A DNA stretch of 64,000 nt from Cyanidioschyzon merolae (lineage: Eukaryota): NCBI GenBank assembly GCA_000091205.1, contig AP006493.2; one strand, 5' to 3'. Position 1 is the stretch's first letter. Every line of letters starts with the position of its first letter. Both the position numbers and the translations under genes were made by a program. Shown in pieces: positions 43,457-55,442 of the stretch. The notes under the pieces were generated by a model. That model had not been told where the DNA came from, searched no databases, and worked only from the letters and a program-made list of their open reading frames with translations.

Positions 43457-44737
43457 TTGAACGTCTACGCACTCGGAAGAGGCGCAACGTTGCTGGATAC
43501 GAGCGTATACGTGATGGTCCACCTTTACAGTGTGGTGCGGGACACGCTGCCTTTGAAGGCGTTCGACGAAAGTAGCAAAGGTGTTGCCTTCGCTCTGGCT
43601 CTGCTGGGTTTCGCTATCGTCGCGTGCTCTTTGCTCTACTGGATCTGGTTTTGGCGGTTACAGCGGTACTATGAGGACGCTGCTCGTGCATACTTGATTC
43701 GAGCCAACGCCGAGGGCAAGCTGGGAGCAACGCACCTGCGCCGCCAGAGCCTGCGGCTCCTCAGCTACAACGTTTTCGTGCGACCCCCCGGCATATCGGC
43801 TCGAGGTAACGATTTCAAGGATGAGCGTCTCGCCCGCTTGCTTGCGCAGCTTGTTCGCCTCGACGTGGATGTCGTTGCGCTGCAGGAGCTCTTCCGCTTT
43901 GGTTCGCCTCGACAGCGAGCGTTCGTCTGGGCGGCGTGTCGTCTCGGCGGCTACCGGTACAGCGCAGCCCTGCCGTATCCACCACGAGGCTGGCACTGGC
44001 CTCCGCGAATACTGGACGGAGGCGTGACTGTCCTCAGCCGGCTGCCAGTGGAACGAGTCGCGTTCACGACGTATCGCTCGGCCCACTGGCATTATATCGA
44101 TTGTCTGGTAGCAAAGGGCGTGCTTTGTGTCCATCTTCGAATGCCGTTTCATGAACCTAGTACCGGGGCAGTGCATCCCGGAAAAGTAGCACTATTCGCG
44201 ACGCACGCACAAGCAGGAAACGCATCATATCCAGGCATCCGTGTGATTCGGCGGAAACAACTCCAACAACTCGCAAGGTTCGTTCAGGAGGAGGCCGGAG
44301 AAGGCATATTACCCGCGATCATCTGCGGTGATTTGAACCTGAACGGCATGGATGGTGATCTAGCGGATCGAGACTCGTCGGAGTACACCGAGATGATGTC
44401 CATCCTGAATGGCGATGCCGATGCGTCAGCGAAACCGGTACGTGTTTTTCGATTTCGCGACCTGGTAAAAGAGGCCAATGATCATCGCCATCCTGTGACT
44501 GTAGATGCGGTTACCGCAGAGGGAACACCTCGAGAGCCTCTTCTGATACCAGCAAAAGCGCGGAAACAGCCGAAACGACTTGATTATATTCTGTGTGACC
44601 CAGGGCCGAGAGTGAGCTGTCGCGTGCTGGCGGCCCGAGTCGAGCCGTTTATCCTGGATTCCTGGGATACAGCGCCGTTTCGACAATTGTCCGATCATGA
44701 TGCGATTTTCGTGGAAATGGAATTCACCGAATCGTAG
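43457..44737 (+). CDS. neutral (Mg2+-dependent) sphingomyelinase-like phosphodiesterase, EEP superfamily, with N-terminal transmembrane segment
   Basis: TM 'FALALLGFAIVACSLLYWIWFW'. Catalytic blocks 'LRLLSYNVFV', 'VDVVALQELF', 'ICGDLNLNGMD', 'LDYILCD', 'SDHDAIFVEMEF' match the nSMase/ISC1 arrangement of the endonuclease-exonuclease-phosphatase fold. Confidence 0.6.
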   Translation: MNVYALGRGATLLDTSVYVMVHLYSVVRDTLPLKAFDESSKGVAFALALLGFAIVACSLLYWIWFWRLQRYYEDAARAYLIRANAEGKLGATHLRRQSLRLLSYNVFVRPPGISARGNDFKDERLARLLAQLVRLDVDVVALQELFRFGSPRQRAFVWAACRLGGYRYSAALPYPPRGWHWPPRILDGGVTVLSRLPVERVAFTTYRSAHWHYIDCLVAKGVLCVHLRMPFHEPSTGAVHPGKVALFATHAQAGNASYPGIRVIRRKQLQQLARFVQEEAGEGILPAIICGDLNLNGMDGDLADRDSSEYTEMMSILNGDADASAKPVRVFRFRDLVKEANDHRHPVTVDAVTAEGTPREPLLIPAKARKQPKRLDYILCDPGPRVSCRVLAARVEPFILDSWDTAPFRQLSDHDAIFVEMEFTES

Positions 44738-47700
44738 AAGCGTCTGGTTGAAAGCAGCGCCTCTGTCGTGCGGCGTCTGGCCGGTCGGTACGAACTTGTT
44801 TCGTTACATGCCACCGGCCTCTGAAAGAAACGCTAATGCATGTCGTGAATGCTCCGAGCCCGACTATATTTGTTGCGTTTCGCATGAGGTTGCATGATTC
44901 TTCCCTGCGGGCCGGCTTCGGTGGCATCATTTCCTTTTGCGGAACGCAGACCTGCGGTGATCTGAACAGCAATCTCGGGACGAACTGTACCATTGCTTGC
45001 ATTCATTTTTTCTCACAGGTATTGGACGACTGGAGTATATCGTGTAGATAGGAGAAAGGTTGCAGAATGGATTTATGCTTGAAGCGCTAGCCCGCGAACA
45101 ACGGTCTACTTGACCACTTCAGGTTTTCTACAGTCCACAGTTAGATGGACTGTCATTCTCGAGGTCGGTATTCTGAACGTCGCGCTCCCGAAACACAACA
45201 TGACAAATGCTGTCTGCACCTACGACTGGCTCCTCGCTGATCACTTCCATGCCACATGTCCTCTAAGAAATACTGCCGAATAAGCTAAAGGATGTGTTGG
45301 GCGCGTGCCACTCTTACGAACAGTGATGAAGAGACGCGGATGGACAACTGAACAAGCATGCTTGTATGGCAGACTGTCGCGCATTGCGCAACACACTACC
45401 GAATCGAAGTGAAGCACGAAAGCGTATGATAGTTGGGGCAAAAGTTCGTCTCATTGTATGAGACTTGATTCGGTCAACATGCTCGCCCTGTATATATGTG
45501 CCCAAAGGGGCAAACCGCTGTTCTTACAGAAGAAACATGCGAGGATGACCACAACATCAGCGCTAGCGGCGATGCTGTCGATTAATCGCCTACTTACCGG
45601 CAAACGCACAGGATCGTTCAACATTTCATCCGTCACCGCAGCATACCTTGGTTTCTTTTTCGTGCTTTCCTGAATACTGCTCGTAGGAAACGCCGCTGTC
45701 CATCATGGAACACAAGTCAAGTCGTACGCGACTGAGATTATTGACGTTGTGCTACTCGTCGTGACAGTCTATTTTCGCTCGTTCAATCGCGTCGAAGTTG
45801 TATATTTGGTCGTCAAAAACCATTTTTTACCCTGTAAGTTCAAGAATAGAGTCGTTTCCATCCCCACGGCACCAAATTTCTGTGCCATATCCTCCACTGA
45901 CGTCTCGCTGCCTACCGTAACCAGCTCCGAACTGCGGTCGTGCTTCTCTGCTAGTGCGCTGGACAGATCAAAGACGCTCGCTTCGGTCTATGGGCGTGCT
46001 CGGGACGGAGCAGTTGAATACAAGGTCCCTGATGAGCAGTAGATACATTCATCGAGAATGCGAGCTTCCGAGCCACCGTCCACCCCATGCTTCTGAATCT
46101 CAAGAAAAAATTGTCTGTAGCGTGTAGCGACCAAACTTATGCCACGCTACCAAGAAAACGAGAATGGAAAGATTCCAACAGACAACGAAGTGCAATATGC
46201 TTTCGAAAAGGGACGGCAACGTACATGAAGAAAAGCCTGTTGGGGCGGAAGGATTTGCCGCAAGCAGTTGCCACGAAATTCGTTCTATCACACATCTGCC
46301 AGGAGAATCTACGAAAAATTGAGGCACGTGACACCATGAAGAATCGCCAGGCTGCTCACTCGTACAAAGCTCGTCTGGCTTTTCTAGCTCTAACGCACCA
46401 CGTAAAGCAAGTATACATAGGAGTTCTGGGCGCAAGGCTACTACTTAGCCGCATTTCTCCGGAATTATTTGAGAAAACGTTCATGCGATGATACAGCAGA
46501 TGCATGGAACAGAGGATGCAAGACAACCTGATCGTAAGATACGAAATGTGCACACCTAAGCTTCCCAGCATACCGTGACACGTTGCCAGGCAGCGTCGGC
46601 GATCGCTGCGATGCCTGCCATCCGAGTCCAGGACTCTATTCCGTGTAAAGAGCAGAGACGTGAGCGTCGAGCAGCATATCGTATGAGAAATATATCATGC
46701 TGCCGTCGAATGCCGTTTCGCTGATAGCCGGAGCGATCGGTGGTGGAAACGTCTTTCGAACGGAATCCATCATTGAATGGTAGAAGTTCTGGGAACTTTC
46801 CTAATGGGTTCGCGAGCAAGTCCTCAAGAGACGACGTTGGGCATTTTTCCTCGTCAGTCCAGCGGTCTGCGTCGCTTCGCCCACAACTTGCGACCGAAAG
46901 ACCGAAAAATGAAGCATGCGAGGTTTGAGCATGCTACCTGTAAGGGAACGAGAAGATTCCAGACTCGTGCGTATGCAGTGGATAATAGTATCGGTGCAAT
47001 GACCAACCCGTGTTCGAAGGCGTCGCGAATCATCTTGATGACGATGACGCAGCAAAGTCCAGCGGTACAGTGTCGAACGAGCCACTCCCTAGAGACTTCG
47101 GAGATTCCTGAAATCCGCATATACATTCGTAAGCTCTTGTTGCTGTGCTTCGCATACCCATGCCGCACAGCTATACAAGTTCGGAGACTATCGAAAAGCA
47201 GGAACATATCGGGTAATTGAGCGTTCCACTCTAATCCGACACACTTGCAGCGCACCTAGCTACAGGAACGCTTTTCCACCACAACAGCGGCGATGTTTGT
47301 ACGAAACCTGCACTCGTCTGCGATCCAGGAGCGACACCGAAATCGTGCGCTCGGAGCAAGGCCTCGGAGGAGAATCATCCCTGCCAGAGATCCGTGACGC
47401 TGCTCCCTACCGAACAAGACGTAGCAGTTCGCGTCATGTCCGGAATGCTGTAGCAAGTATCGCGATGATCGCTTCCTACGGTTTGTTGCAGTGCATTCAG
47501 GTTCAAGGAGGCTCAGCACGCATCCTCAAGGTTCACTTCAAGCGTGCATGTTCCATGTCATCGTATGTGAGGCAACGCTCAGTACGCAGCCGAAAGCTCA
47601 AGAACAGCCATCCAAGCAGGCATTGCTCAACGGGCGACAACAGACTCCAATGCATTTCACGGGGTTCCGTTCTTGGACGCTTCGGTGCAGGGATATGGAC

Positions 47701-48181
47701 GCAGTCAAGGCTAACGCAACACCTGTCATCTGTCGGACTCGATGCCGTCACCGTAGAGCTCACAGCCTCTGTTCTCATGGCGCAACCAATGAGCGCGACC
47801 GCTCTGGGCCAGTAGACGTGAAAACGCTCCTGAGAAGCGCAGGATCTGCGGATGAAGTCATTGATGAATCATACACGCCGTATCAACCATGGTTTGCGAT
47901 AGTGTCGTTTGCCGTGAGGTCACCATGACATGAAGTGTCTTCTCACTGCGTTTATGTGAGCGAACAAACTGTTCGAGTGCTTCATCCTTGCGGTAGTCGC
48001 AGCCGGCTCCAAGATACCTGCAGAGCGACCTCCATCCGTTACGTGCTTGTGCGCGCTGTGATTCTCAGCGCAAAAACACCATCGACAAGAAAGCCACCTC
48101 AGTCAGTTCGAAGGAAACGATACGGAACGCTCGGCGACGCAGAACTCGTTCCGTGCCCGGCATGCGGAACGCATCCGCTGA

Positions 48182-49822
48182 TCAACGTGTTGGCTGGGCT
48201 CCAGCCGGTTCTGTGATGCGGGATGGAGTGTGCCGTTCGGGCGGCACTTGAATGCGCTCCAATCCAGCGAGAAACGGTCGAAGCACTTGCGGAATCGTAA
48301 CCGAACCGTCTTTTTCCTGAAAGTTTTCCAGAATAGACACAATCATCCGAGGCACTGCGCAGGCAGTCGCGTTGAGTGTATGCACGAAGCGCAGTTTTTC
48401 CGAAACCTGCTCTCTGTATCGGATATTCAGACGCCGGGCCTGGTAGTCGGTGCAGTTGCTTGCACTGCTGATTTCGCCAAAGGCGTTGCGACCCGGCATC
48501 CAGGCCTCAATATCAAATTTGCGATAGGCCGGGTTTCCCAGTTCCCGAGTCGGCATGTCGAGCACCCGATAATGGAGACCAAGTGCATCGAAAAGCTCCT
48601 CCTCGATAGATCGAAGCTCCTGATGAACTCGATCGCTTTCCTCTGGTCTTGAAAGCACGAACATTTCCACTTTGGTGAATTGATGGACTCGATACAGACC
48701 GCGCGTCTCGGTGCCGGCAGCACCGGCTTCACGACGGAAACAGTGACTGACGGCTGCCATCTTGATCGGAAGCTGCGTCTCGTCGAGTATCTCGTTCGCA
48801 TAATATCCCCCAAGCGGTATTTCCGCTGTGCCCGCCAGGCATAACGAGGTATCTGCCACCGAATATACTTGAGACGCTTCGCCGCGGGGCTGGAATCCGC
48901 AACCCCAAACCGTTTCCTCGCGCACAAGGTCGGGTGCGATCAGAGGTATGAAACCGTGCTTACCGGTAAGGTGCTGCATTGCCCAGTTCACCAACGCCAG
49001 CTCGAGCATTGCCCCTGCATTGCGAAGAAAATAGAAGCGCGCCCCAGCTACTTTGGCGGCGGCCTCGAAATCCACTATATCAAGTCGCTGCGCCAACTCC
49101 ACATGGTCTTTCGGCGAAAAGTCTGTAAAATCACGAGGCTTGCCCGCCATTCTCAAGAGTCGGGCTTGATCCTCGCCGCCTACAGGAGCATCAGGATGGG
49201 TCCGGTTGGGTATCCGTACTGCTTCTGCATAGAGTTGTTGCTCGGTCTCGGCAAGTTCAGCCTCAAGCGCAGTCACTCGCTCTTTCAACTGCTTACCAAG
49301 TGCGATACACTCGGAGCGCTCCTCAGGCGAGAGCTTCTGCATATTCTTCATGCGGGCTGCCACCTCGTTGCGCTGTTTTCGGACTAGATCCACCTCCGCC
49401 GTAAGCGCGCAGAAACGCTCATACAGCTGCACTACAAGGGTGGCGTTGACGTCGACTCCGCGCCGCTGGATATTCTCCTGGACCTGCGCCAAGTGATCTC
49501 GTACGTACCGAAGGTCGACCGGTGGCGGCGTGCCAGACACTCGCGTCAGCATCATGTTTGTTGGAGTAGCGCAACGGCTATCAGAATGTCGACAACGAAA
49601 CGCACTGGGTCGGAAACTGGTGCCGTCACCGAGCCAGCCTCGCATTCGGTACGGACGCGTTGCCCGTGCCTCCGCAATGGACCCGGCAACTGCTGGATAG
49701 CCAGTACGAAGCACTCGCAACCAGTTCCCTGCTGATTGGATCCATCGCATTCTCTTTCTTAAACCTATCGAATGTACGAAGGAGGTGAGCGATCTTTCCT
49801 CGCCTCCACGAGCAGGTTCCAT
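48182..49822 (-). CDS. seryl-tRNA synthetase (class II); ORF carries about 90-aa N-terminal extension, probable true start at about 49555
   Basis: N-terminal coiled-coil arm 'VDLRYVRDHLAQVQENIQRRGVD...'. Class II motifs 'FRREAGAAGTETRGLYRVHQFTKVEMF' (motif 2) and 'GRNAFGEISSASNCTDYQARRL...TLNATACAVPRMIVSILEN' (motif 3). Confidence 0.8.
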   Translation of the reverse strand: MEPARGGEERSLTSFVHSIGLRKRMRWIQSAGNWLRVLRTGYPAVAGSIAEARATRPYRMRGWLGDGTSFRPSAFRCRHSDSRCATPTNMMLTRVSGTPPPVDLRYVRDHLAQVQENIQRRGVDVNATLVVQLYERFCALTAEVDLVRKQRNEVAARMKNMQKLSPEERSECIALGKQLKERVTALEAELAETEQQLYAEAVRIPNRTHPDAPVGGEDQARLLRMAGKPRDFTDFSPKDHVELAQRLDIVDFEAAAKVAGARFYFLRNAGAMLELALVNWAMQHLTGKHGFIPLIAPDLVREETVWGCGFQPRGEASQVYSVADTSLCLAGTAEIPLGGYYANEILDETQLPIKMAAVSHCFRREAGAAGTETRGLYRVHQFTKVEMFVLSRPEESDRVHQELRSIEEELFDALGLHYRVLDMPTRELGNPAYRKFDIEAWMPGRNAFGEISSASNCTDYQARRLNIRYREQVSEKLRFVHTLNATACAVPRMIVSILENFQEKDGSVTIPQVLRPFLAGLERIQVPPERHTPSRITEPAGAQPTR

Positions 49823-49825
49823 GGC

Positions 49826-51297
49826 TCACCACCCAGCGCTACAGCTTCTGGTGCACTGCAACAGCTTCTGGTGCACTGCAACAGCTTCTGGTGCACTGCA
49901 ACAGCTTCTGGTGCACTTCAACAGCTTCTGGTGCACTTCAACAGCTTCTGGTGCGAAGCGCAAGCACGAAGGGCGCTTGTACTGAGCGTTCGCCGGCGAT
50001 GATCCGGGGCGCCGGCACGCCGCATGAAGAGGTGCTCGGGTGGATCGCGGGATACTGCACCTATGGCTGGAGTGGGGATCTGACGCCCGTGAAAGAAATT
50101 GGACCTGCATAACCACCCAGACGTTATAGATGAGGACAACGATACATGTTTGATGGCCATGGAGGGTGAATATGTATGTATTTACGCGCAGAGGCCTCGC
50201 AGCCTTTTTTGACTGGCCGCCTTCGATCAGTTTCAGCTTCTCGTTGTATCCGATGAGCCTGAGAGGCTGCCCAACCAAGTCACATCGCGTCAGCTCTTGG
50301 GGTATCGTTTTCAGCACCGCACATAGCCTGATATTGAGTACAGCGTTAAAATCCCGGTTCACGAACATCTCGCGTTTATAGCCTCTGTTAGAACGCGCCA
50401 TTGCAAAGAAAGCTGGAACTCGTGCCCTCATTGCCATTTGGTGCTCAGTCAGCTCTCTGTCATTTTCTATCGCACAAGCGATCCACTGGCGTGTCTCTAT
50501 GCCGGCCGTCTGAAGTGCATATGCCCGCTCGTCCCAGAGATTTTTTAATCTTTGAAAGCGGCCGCACTTGTACACACCCATAGGTGAGGAACTTCTCGGA
50601 AAGACAAGGATTTACGCAGGATAGACGAAAGATGCTTCGGTGCTACCGTGGTGGAAGCTTTTGCGATTCGCCCATCGGAGCTATTATGATATGTGTCATG
50701 ATAGAAAACGCTCCTTCTATAGATATGGACCTCGGAGCCTAAGGAGGAATGAAAAGCAGCTCTGTCCCCGATAGAATCAGCAAAAGCTCGAAAGAGAATG
50801 TTGAAAGGCCACGGTGTCCAATAGATGCACGTCGCAAGAAGTCAGAGAACAATCTTCCATGATTCGACGAGTTGGGAGCTAATGTATACGCCCTCTCTAC
50901 GAGAGAAACTGAGGCCGACAAATGCATCTACCAAAGTTCGAACAGATGATGATGTCGGTGCTCTCTTCGAGTTCGTTGTACGTACAAAGAACTCCGTCTC
51001 TGCGAATACCCGTATACGCTTCGACCGTCTCATCCGAGGAAAGTATGATCGACTGAAAAAAAACAACCGACGTTCCTGTGCTTCATGCAGATCGCAACGT
51101 TCCAGGAACACTAGAGTTGCGATTTCGATGGACCATGACCGGGTGTGAACCAGGACTCTTTTTATGCGACTGTATCCGAGTGCTTTCAGGGCTGCACGAA
51201 CAAGATCTTGAGAATCAGAAATGCCACTGCTGGCTATGATCATCGCTTTCGCTTTTCTTACGATGATCAACGGGTCGTTTTCTACCATTGACCGCAA
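49826..51297 (-). pseudogene. degenerate TnpB/Fanzor-like copy (RuvC-II-like block at about 51.1 kb, zinc-finger remnant and RuvC-III block at about 50.3 kb)
   Basis: 50842..51297(-) 'VRAALKALGYSRIKRVLVHTRSWS' (RuvC-II-like). 49826..50581(-) 'GVYKCGRF...REMFVNRDFNAVLNIRLCAVLK' (RuvC-III). The antisense-frame signature 'STAHSLILSTALKSRFTNI' (50166..50381+) matches the antisense of the 39.5-41.6 kb copy ('STAHFLILIAACKSRCTN'). Confidence 0.4.
49841..49953. repeat. 20-bp minisatellite (acagcttctggtgcactgca) x about 5.5
   Basis: Units align exactly with the 10-base print groups, with the last copies c->t variants. Lies between the SerRS ORF and the TnpB-like remnant. Confidence 0.9.
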
Positions 51298-52283
51298 GCA
51301 CCTTCAAGAATATCAGAGTTTGTCCCAGAGAGCATATCCTTCCTTCTTTCAGTGTCCCTGTATCGTCAGAATACAATGGTATGCCTGACATGAAAGATGA
51401 ATGCAGTCCTGCGCTGCACTGCTCAGTAAAGAATATATATGTATCATACAGGCAATTCGACTAGGATCTAAACCGATACATCGCATTTTTTGTTTTCGAT
51501 CTCCTGCGACACACCAAATCGGGGATGAAACACTTTTGACTTGAAAGACGCTACGAGGCCTTGAGTTTTAAACTAGCGTGTTCTGCATACACATCAAAGA
51601 GCATTTCCCGATTTCTCATTTCTTGACGAAGGTTATCGCGCCATGCATTCGTAGTATTCGACCCGCACTTGAAGTACCTACCGGTCAGGTTTGAAGTCCA
51701 ACGGATGCGACATACTGCGTCCCGACTTTGCTCTAGGCAAGCCTGAATGGGACCGGACTCGCTTCAGCGGCTCCCTTAAACAGCCTCTCGCATTCCAAAG
51801 GCCGGACTTGTTCCTTCGCTGAGGCGCTGGAACACATCTCCCGTACCGTGCAAACTTTAAAATGGAAAAAATGCTACGCTCCACGTCTTGCGACCCGAAA
51901 CTGCGTCGTCTCCGCAGTGCGTTGGGCAGGCGTTGCGCCCAGAGAGATGCACTGACTTTCGTTAAACTCCAGCCGCATCTCGAAAATACAAGAATCGATA
52001 CTCGCTGTGTCTGTCACTTGGTGGCAGTTTATGCGCCCAAGTAACGAGGAACCGACAACGATGCGGTTCACTGAGGTCTAACCTGCAAGCACCAACGCAC
52101 AGATCGAAAGCCGCATGTGCGGCAGTGCAAGGCCGGAGGCGCTTCAACCCTGCCCCAGCTGATACTTTTTGACGCCTTCATCACAGCGCATGAAACGCTG
52201 AGCTTGCCTTTATCGCACCTGGACGCTAAGAATGTCCTATTCCTCGAACAACTTCAAACAGCGCAGCGCTGGACCAGGAACGC

Positions 52284-54665
52284 TCATGATAGGAAACTCT
52301 GGATGACGGCGTCGACAGCACTCGGGTCCGCAAGGGTGCTCAGGTCGCCGAGAACACTGCGGTCCAAGTCCCGACCCTGTTCGGAGATTTTTCGCAGAAT
52401 TCGCCTCATGATCTTTCCACTGCGAGTTTTGGGCAGTGCTGGCGTCCAGATGATGCGCTCTGGTGCGGCAAAGGCGCCAATCTCTTTGCGACACGTCTGC
52501 ACAAGTTCGTTGCGCAGTGTATCGCTCGGTGTATAGCCATCAGCCAAGATAACGAAGCACGCAATACATTCGCCCTTGATCTCGTGCGGCATACCAACAA
52601 CTGCTGCCTCAGCAACTGCGGGATGCCGTACCAGTGCGCTTTCCACCTCTGCGGTGCCGATTCGATGTCCGCTCACATTAATGACATCGTCGACTCGTCC
52701 AGTGATCCAGATATATCCATCACCGTCGCGGCGGCAGCCATCGCCAGTCATGTAATAGCCGGGGAACGGTTTGAAGTAGCCGTTCTCGAAGCGCGCTTGG
52801 GCTCCGAATATCGTGCGCAGGCACGAGGGCCACGGATCACGGATGCAGAGATATCCCTCACTTTCTTGGCCGGGTACAAAGGGGATCTCCTTGCCCCGGT
52901 CATCAAGCACCGCCAATCGAATACCGAAAAACGGTACACCTGCTGATCCAGGTTTTTGTTGAAAGCCACGAACTGGAGGCGAGATCACAACGTGTGCGCC
53001 AGTCTCTGTCTGCCAGTAGGTGTCGACAACATTGCAACGACTGTCGCCGACCACCTGATGGTACCACTCCCAGACCTGCGGGTTAATGGGTTCCCCAACG
53101 GTGGCCAGGATCTTGAGGGACGTCCGTTTGTATCTTTTGACGTACTCGTCGCCGGCCTTTTTCAGGGAACGTATCGCAGTTGGCGCCGTGTACAAGTGCG
53201 TCACCTGATATTTGTCGACAATGGCCCAGAGTCGCCCGGGATCCGGCCATGTCGGGACACCCTCGAAAAGCACCTGGGTCGCAGCATTGAGCATGGGTCC
53301 GTACACTACGTAACTGTGGCCCGTGATCCACCCGCAATCAGCGGTGCAAAAGTACACATCACCGGGCTGGTAATTGAACGAGTACTTGAATGTGAGCGCG
53401 GCATTAACCATGTAGCCGCCCGTGGTATGCAGGACACCCTTGGGTGTCCCAGTGCTGCCCGAGGTGTACAGAAGAAAGAGCGGATCTTCGGCTTTCATCC
53501 ACTCAATGGCATCATCAGGTCCAGAGACAGCCTCTTCCATGGCAACGCGAAGGTCAACATCGCGTCCGGCCTGCATCGTCAAGTTTGGTAGCATCGATTC
53601 ACCCAAACGCCGCAGCACCAACTGGCAAGAAACGTGGAAACTGGGATCCCTCGTTTGGCATATTTCGATCGCTTCATCGACCGTCGCTTTCAGTTCGATT
53701 CGTTTCGGGCCACGTCTGATGCCATCACAAGAGAGGATCACCGCCGATCTGGCATCGAGAAGCCGCCCTGCAAGCGCCTCAGCGGAGAAGCCCCCAAACA
53801 CTACATTGTGAACGGCTCCAATACGCGCACATGCCAACATCGCGGCTGGTAGCTCGGGCACCATTGGCATGTAGATCGTAACGGTATCCCCGCGCCGCAC
53901 ACCCTGTCGACGCAGCACTCGAGCGATCCGTTTCACCATATCTAGCAGCTCGGCATAGGTTATCGCACGATGTGTATCCATGTCGTCCATATCGTTTGCC
54001 TCACAGTAGAGCGCAACCCTATTGCCTAGCCCTTGTTCAACATGGCGGTCAAGCGCGTTGTAGCAGATATTAGTCTCTGCTCGGAAAAACCATTCGACTT
54101 GAATGGGTCCTTGGCGCACGTCAAAGTTATAGCGGTAGACGCTGTCTGGTGTGATTGCATTAGGGTCCCGCCAATAGAAGTTATTCCTCGCCATTTCTAA
54201 CCAAAACCCAGTAGGGTCACGTAAGGAACGCGTGTACATTTCGCAGTAAGTCTCATAGTCAGGAATATGGAACGCAGAATTGCGCAGGTACTCTGGCGAC
54301 GCCGAAACGCCGCTAGCACGCAGCGTCGACGCCAACGCAGCGTCAACTTCCTGGGGCGGCATCAGCGACGTTGTGGCTCGCGACCTCTCCACCCTGTGTG
54401 CACACGCCCGTAGTTCTCGAATTATGCCCCGCTGCCGATGCACAGTTCTGAATCTGAGCACTCGCTGGTTGCAGGGGAAGCAACGCCGCTGCTTCCCAGG
54501 AACGTCAAAGCCCCGAGCGCGAACTTGAACTGGGAGCTGGACAAGGCCAACGAATGCTGCCTGAATGAGTCCGGTACTAGGCATGCAGTTGCTCGCAGAG
54601 GGTATGCTCTCGGCACGGGTTGCTTTGAAAACCAGCGCTCGCTGTCGTGCGATAAGGGTACGCAC
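52284..54665 (-). CDS. acetyl-CoA synthetase (AMP-forming); about 100-aa N-terminal extension in ORF, likely start at about 54362
   Basis: 'FWLEMARNNFYWRDP' N-terminal ACS block, AMP-binding signature 'LLYTSGSTGTPKGVLHTTGGY', 'TYWQTETGAHVV', 'GYYMTGDGCRRDGDGYIWITGRVDDVINVSGHRIGTAEVESAL', C-terminal 'LPKTRSGKIMRRILRKI'. Confidence 0.8.
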   Translation of the reverse strand: MRTLIARQRALVFKATRAESIPSASNCMPSTGLIQAAFVGLVQLPVQVRARGFDVPGKQRRCFPCNQRVLRFRTVHRQRGIIRELRACAHRVERSRATTSLMPPQEVDAALASTLRASGVSASPEYLRNSAFHIPDYETYCEMYTRSLRDPTGFWLEMARNNFYWRDPNAITPDSVYRYNFDVRQGPIQVEWFFRAETNICYNALDRHVEQGLGNRVALYCEANDMDDMDTHRAITYAELLDMVKRIARVLRRQGVRRGDTVTIYMPMVPELPAAMLACARIGAVHNVVFGGFSAEALAGRLLDARSAVILSCDGIRRGPKRIELKATVDEAIEICQTRDPSFHVSCQLVLRRLGESMLPNLTMQAGRDVDLRVAMEEAVSGPDDAIEWMKAEDPLFLLYTSGSTGTPKGVLHTTGGYMVNAALTFKYSFNYQPGDVYFCTADCGWITGHSYVVYGPMLNAATQVLFEGVPTWPDPGRLWAIVDKYQVTHLYTAPTAIRSLKKAGDEYVKRYKRTSLKILATVGEPINPQVWEWYHQVVGDSRCNVVDTYWQTETGAHVVISPPVRGFQQKPGSAGVPFFGIRLAVLDDRGKEIPFVPGQESEGYLCIRDPWPSCLRTIFGAQARFENGYFKPFPGYYMTGDGCRRDGDGYIWITGRVDDVINVSGHRIGTAEVESALVRHPAVAEAAVVGMPHEIKGECIACFVILADGYTPSDTLRNELVQTCRKEIGAFAAPERIIWTPALPKTRSGKIMRRILRKISEQGRDLDRSVLGDLSTLADPSAVDAVIQSFLS

Positions 54666-55442
54666 CGGAGAGTAAACGCTTGGAATGGGTAAATTTAGAA
54701 TGGAGACGCTTTCGCGACGAAGGCGCAGGTGCGTTATCAGGTCGCCGGCGTATGCGCAGGGCTGCTACGGACAGCGCGTGGTCGCTTCGCGGCGTCGGGG
54801 TACCGAGATCGATGTCCTTAAAGTGCAGTTATGTACAGAAACATCCGTTGGGCTATAATTATACAACTATATCCTATTTGTTTCCGTTCGTGTTCGCACA
54901 GGCACTCAGTGCCCGGCACGCACCGCGAGCGACTGGAGCACTGTCGCGCACAGCTCTGATGCTGGCAAAGATAGCTCGCGATACGCCGCATTATTTCTAC
55001 AAAGCAGTCATTCTGTGGACACTACGACAATACACCGCCTGTATCGTTATCGGTATCCTGAACATCGTGCGCCCGCACCAAAACACGTTCAACAATCTCT
55101 ACGCAACTGCCTACTCGCCAAGCCATTCCAGCTTATGCCTTCTCGAAGGAATGCCGCGCAACAGGCGCCAGCATCTGAGGTTCGCGTACCGTTGCATCGC
55201 ACGACGACAACGAGACATTGAGGGTCAGCGCAGAAGGCAGGTTTCTGTGCGAGACCGTCGCGCTGCGCACATGACGCCGTCAATGGCGTCCCTCAAGGAG
55301 CATACATATCCCAGAAGCGACAGGAGTTCACCTCGCTCGATTCCAGTCCACGACGGGAGCACTGCTTGGCCTGTATGCAGGCAACCAAAACGTGGCAATC
55401 CGCTGTTCGCAAGGAAGCGACATGCGCGTACGACAAAAAGAA

